A stretch of DNA of 63,425 nt, counting the filler, from Octopus bimaculoides (lineage: Eukaryota): NCBI RefSeq assembly GCF_001194135.2. It is 9 parts of 8 records of this genome, joined end to end, with 100 filler letters (N's around TTAATTAATTAA, not from the genome) between each part and the next. Parts side by side here need not be neighbours in the genome. Positions count along the whole stretch, not along the records: positions 57,416 to 63,425 come from NC_069000.1; 8 more parts are not named here. One strand, given 5' to 3'. Position 1 is the stretch's first letter. Every line of letters starts with the position of its first letter. A program made the position numbers and the translations under genes. Below, piece by piece: positions 63,387 through 63,425 of the stretch. The notes below the pieces were generated by a model, which did not search any database, was not told where the DNA came from, and was given only the letters and a program-made list of their open reading frames with translations.

Positions 63387-63425
63387 GTATATATATATAC
63401 ATACATATATATATATATATATATA

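Overview
Repeat-dense, AT-rich, gapped eukaryotic draft scaffold. The SINE families and microsatellite load look like an Octopus genome (inference from recognised repeats). Most long ORFs in the track are N-gap or microsatellite artefacts. Real coding signal: (1) one 162-nt minus-strand exon (26528-26689) encoding the first half of the Sec7 domain of an IQSEC/BRAG (schizo-like) Arf-GEF, with no other IQSEC exon visible; (2) a phase-consistent set of plus-strand exons (49370-49494, 51294-51432, 53607-53729, 56628-56770, probably also 49221-49273) that the ORF track misses, encoding an unnamed coiled-coil protein antisense to IQSEC. The rest is transposon debris (Penelope-like, R4/Dong, RTE, L1/Tx1, Tc1/mariner, hAT, MITEs, several tRNA-SINEs). 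Best leads: a ~270-bp inverted repeat that brackets the Sec7 exon; a type I hammerhead ribozyme at the tip of a 41-bp hairpin, on the IQSEC sense strand about 2 kb upstream of that exon; two more near-intact hammerheads; and the hidden antisense gene. All calls are by eye, with no searches or folding runs.
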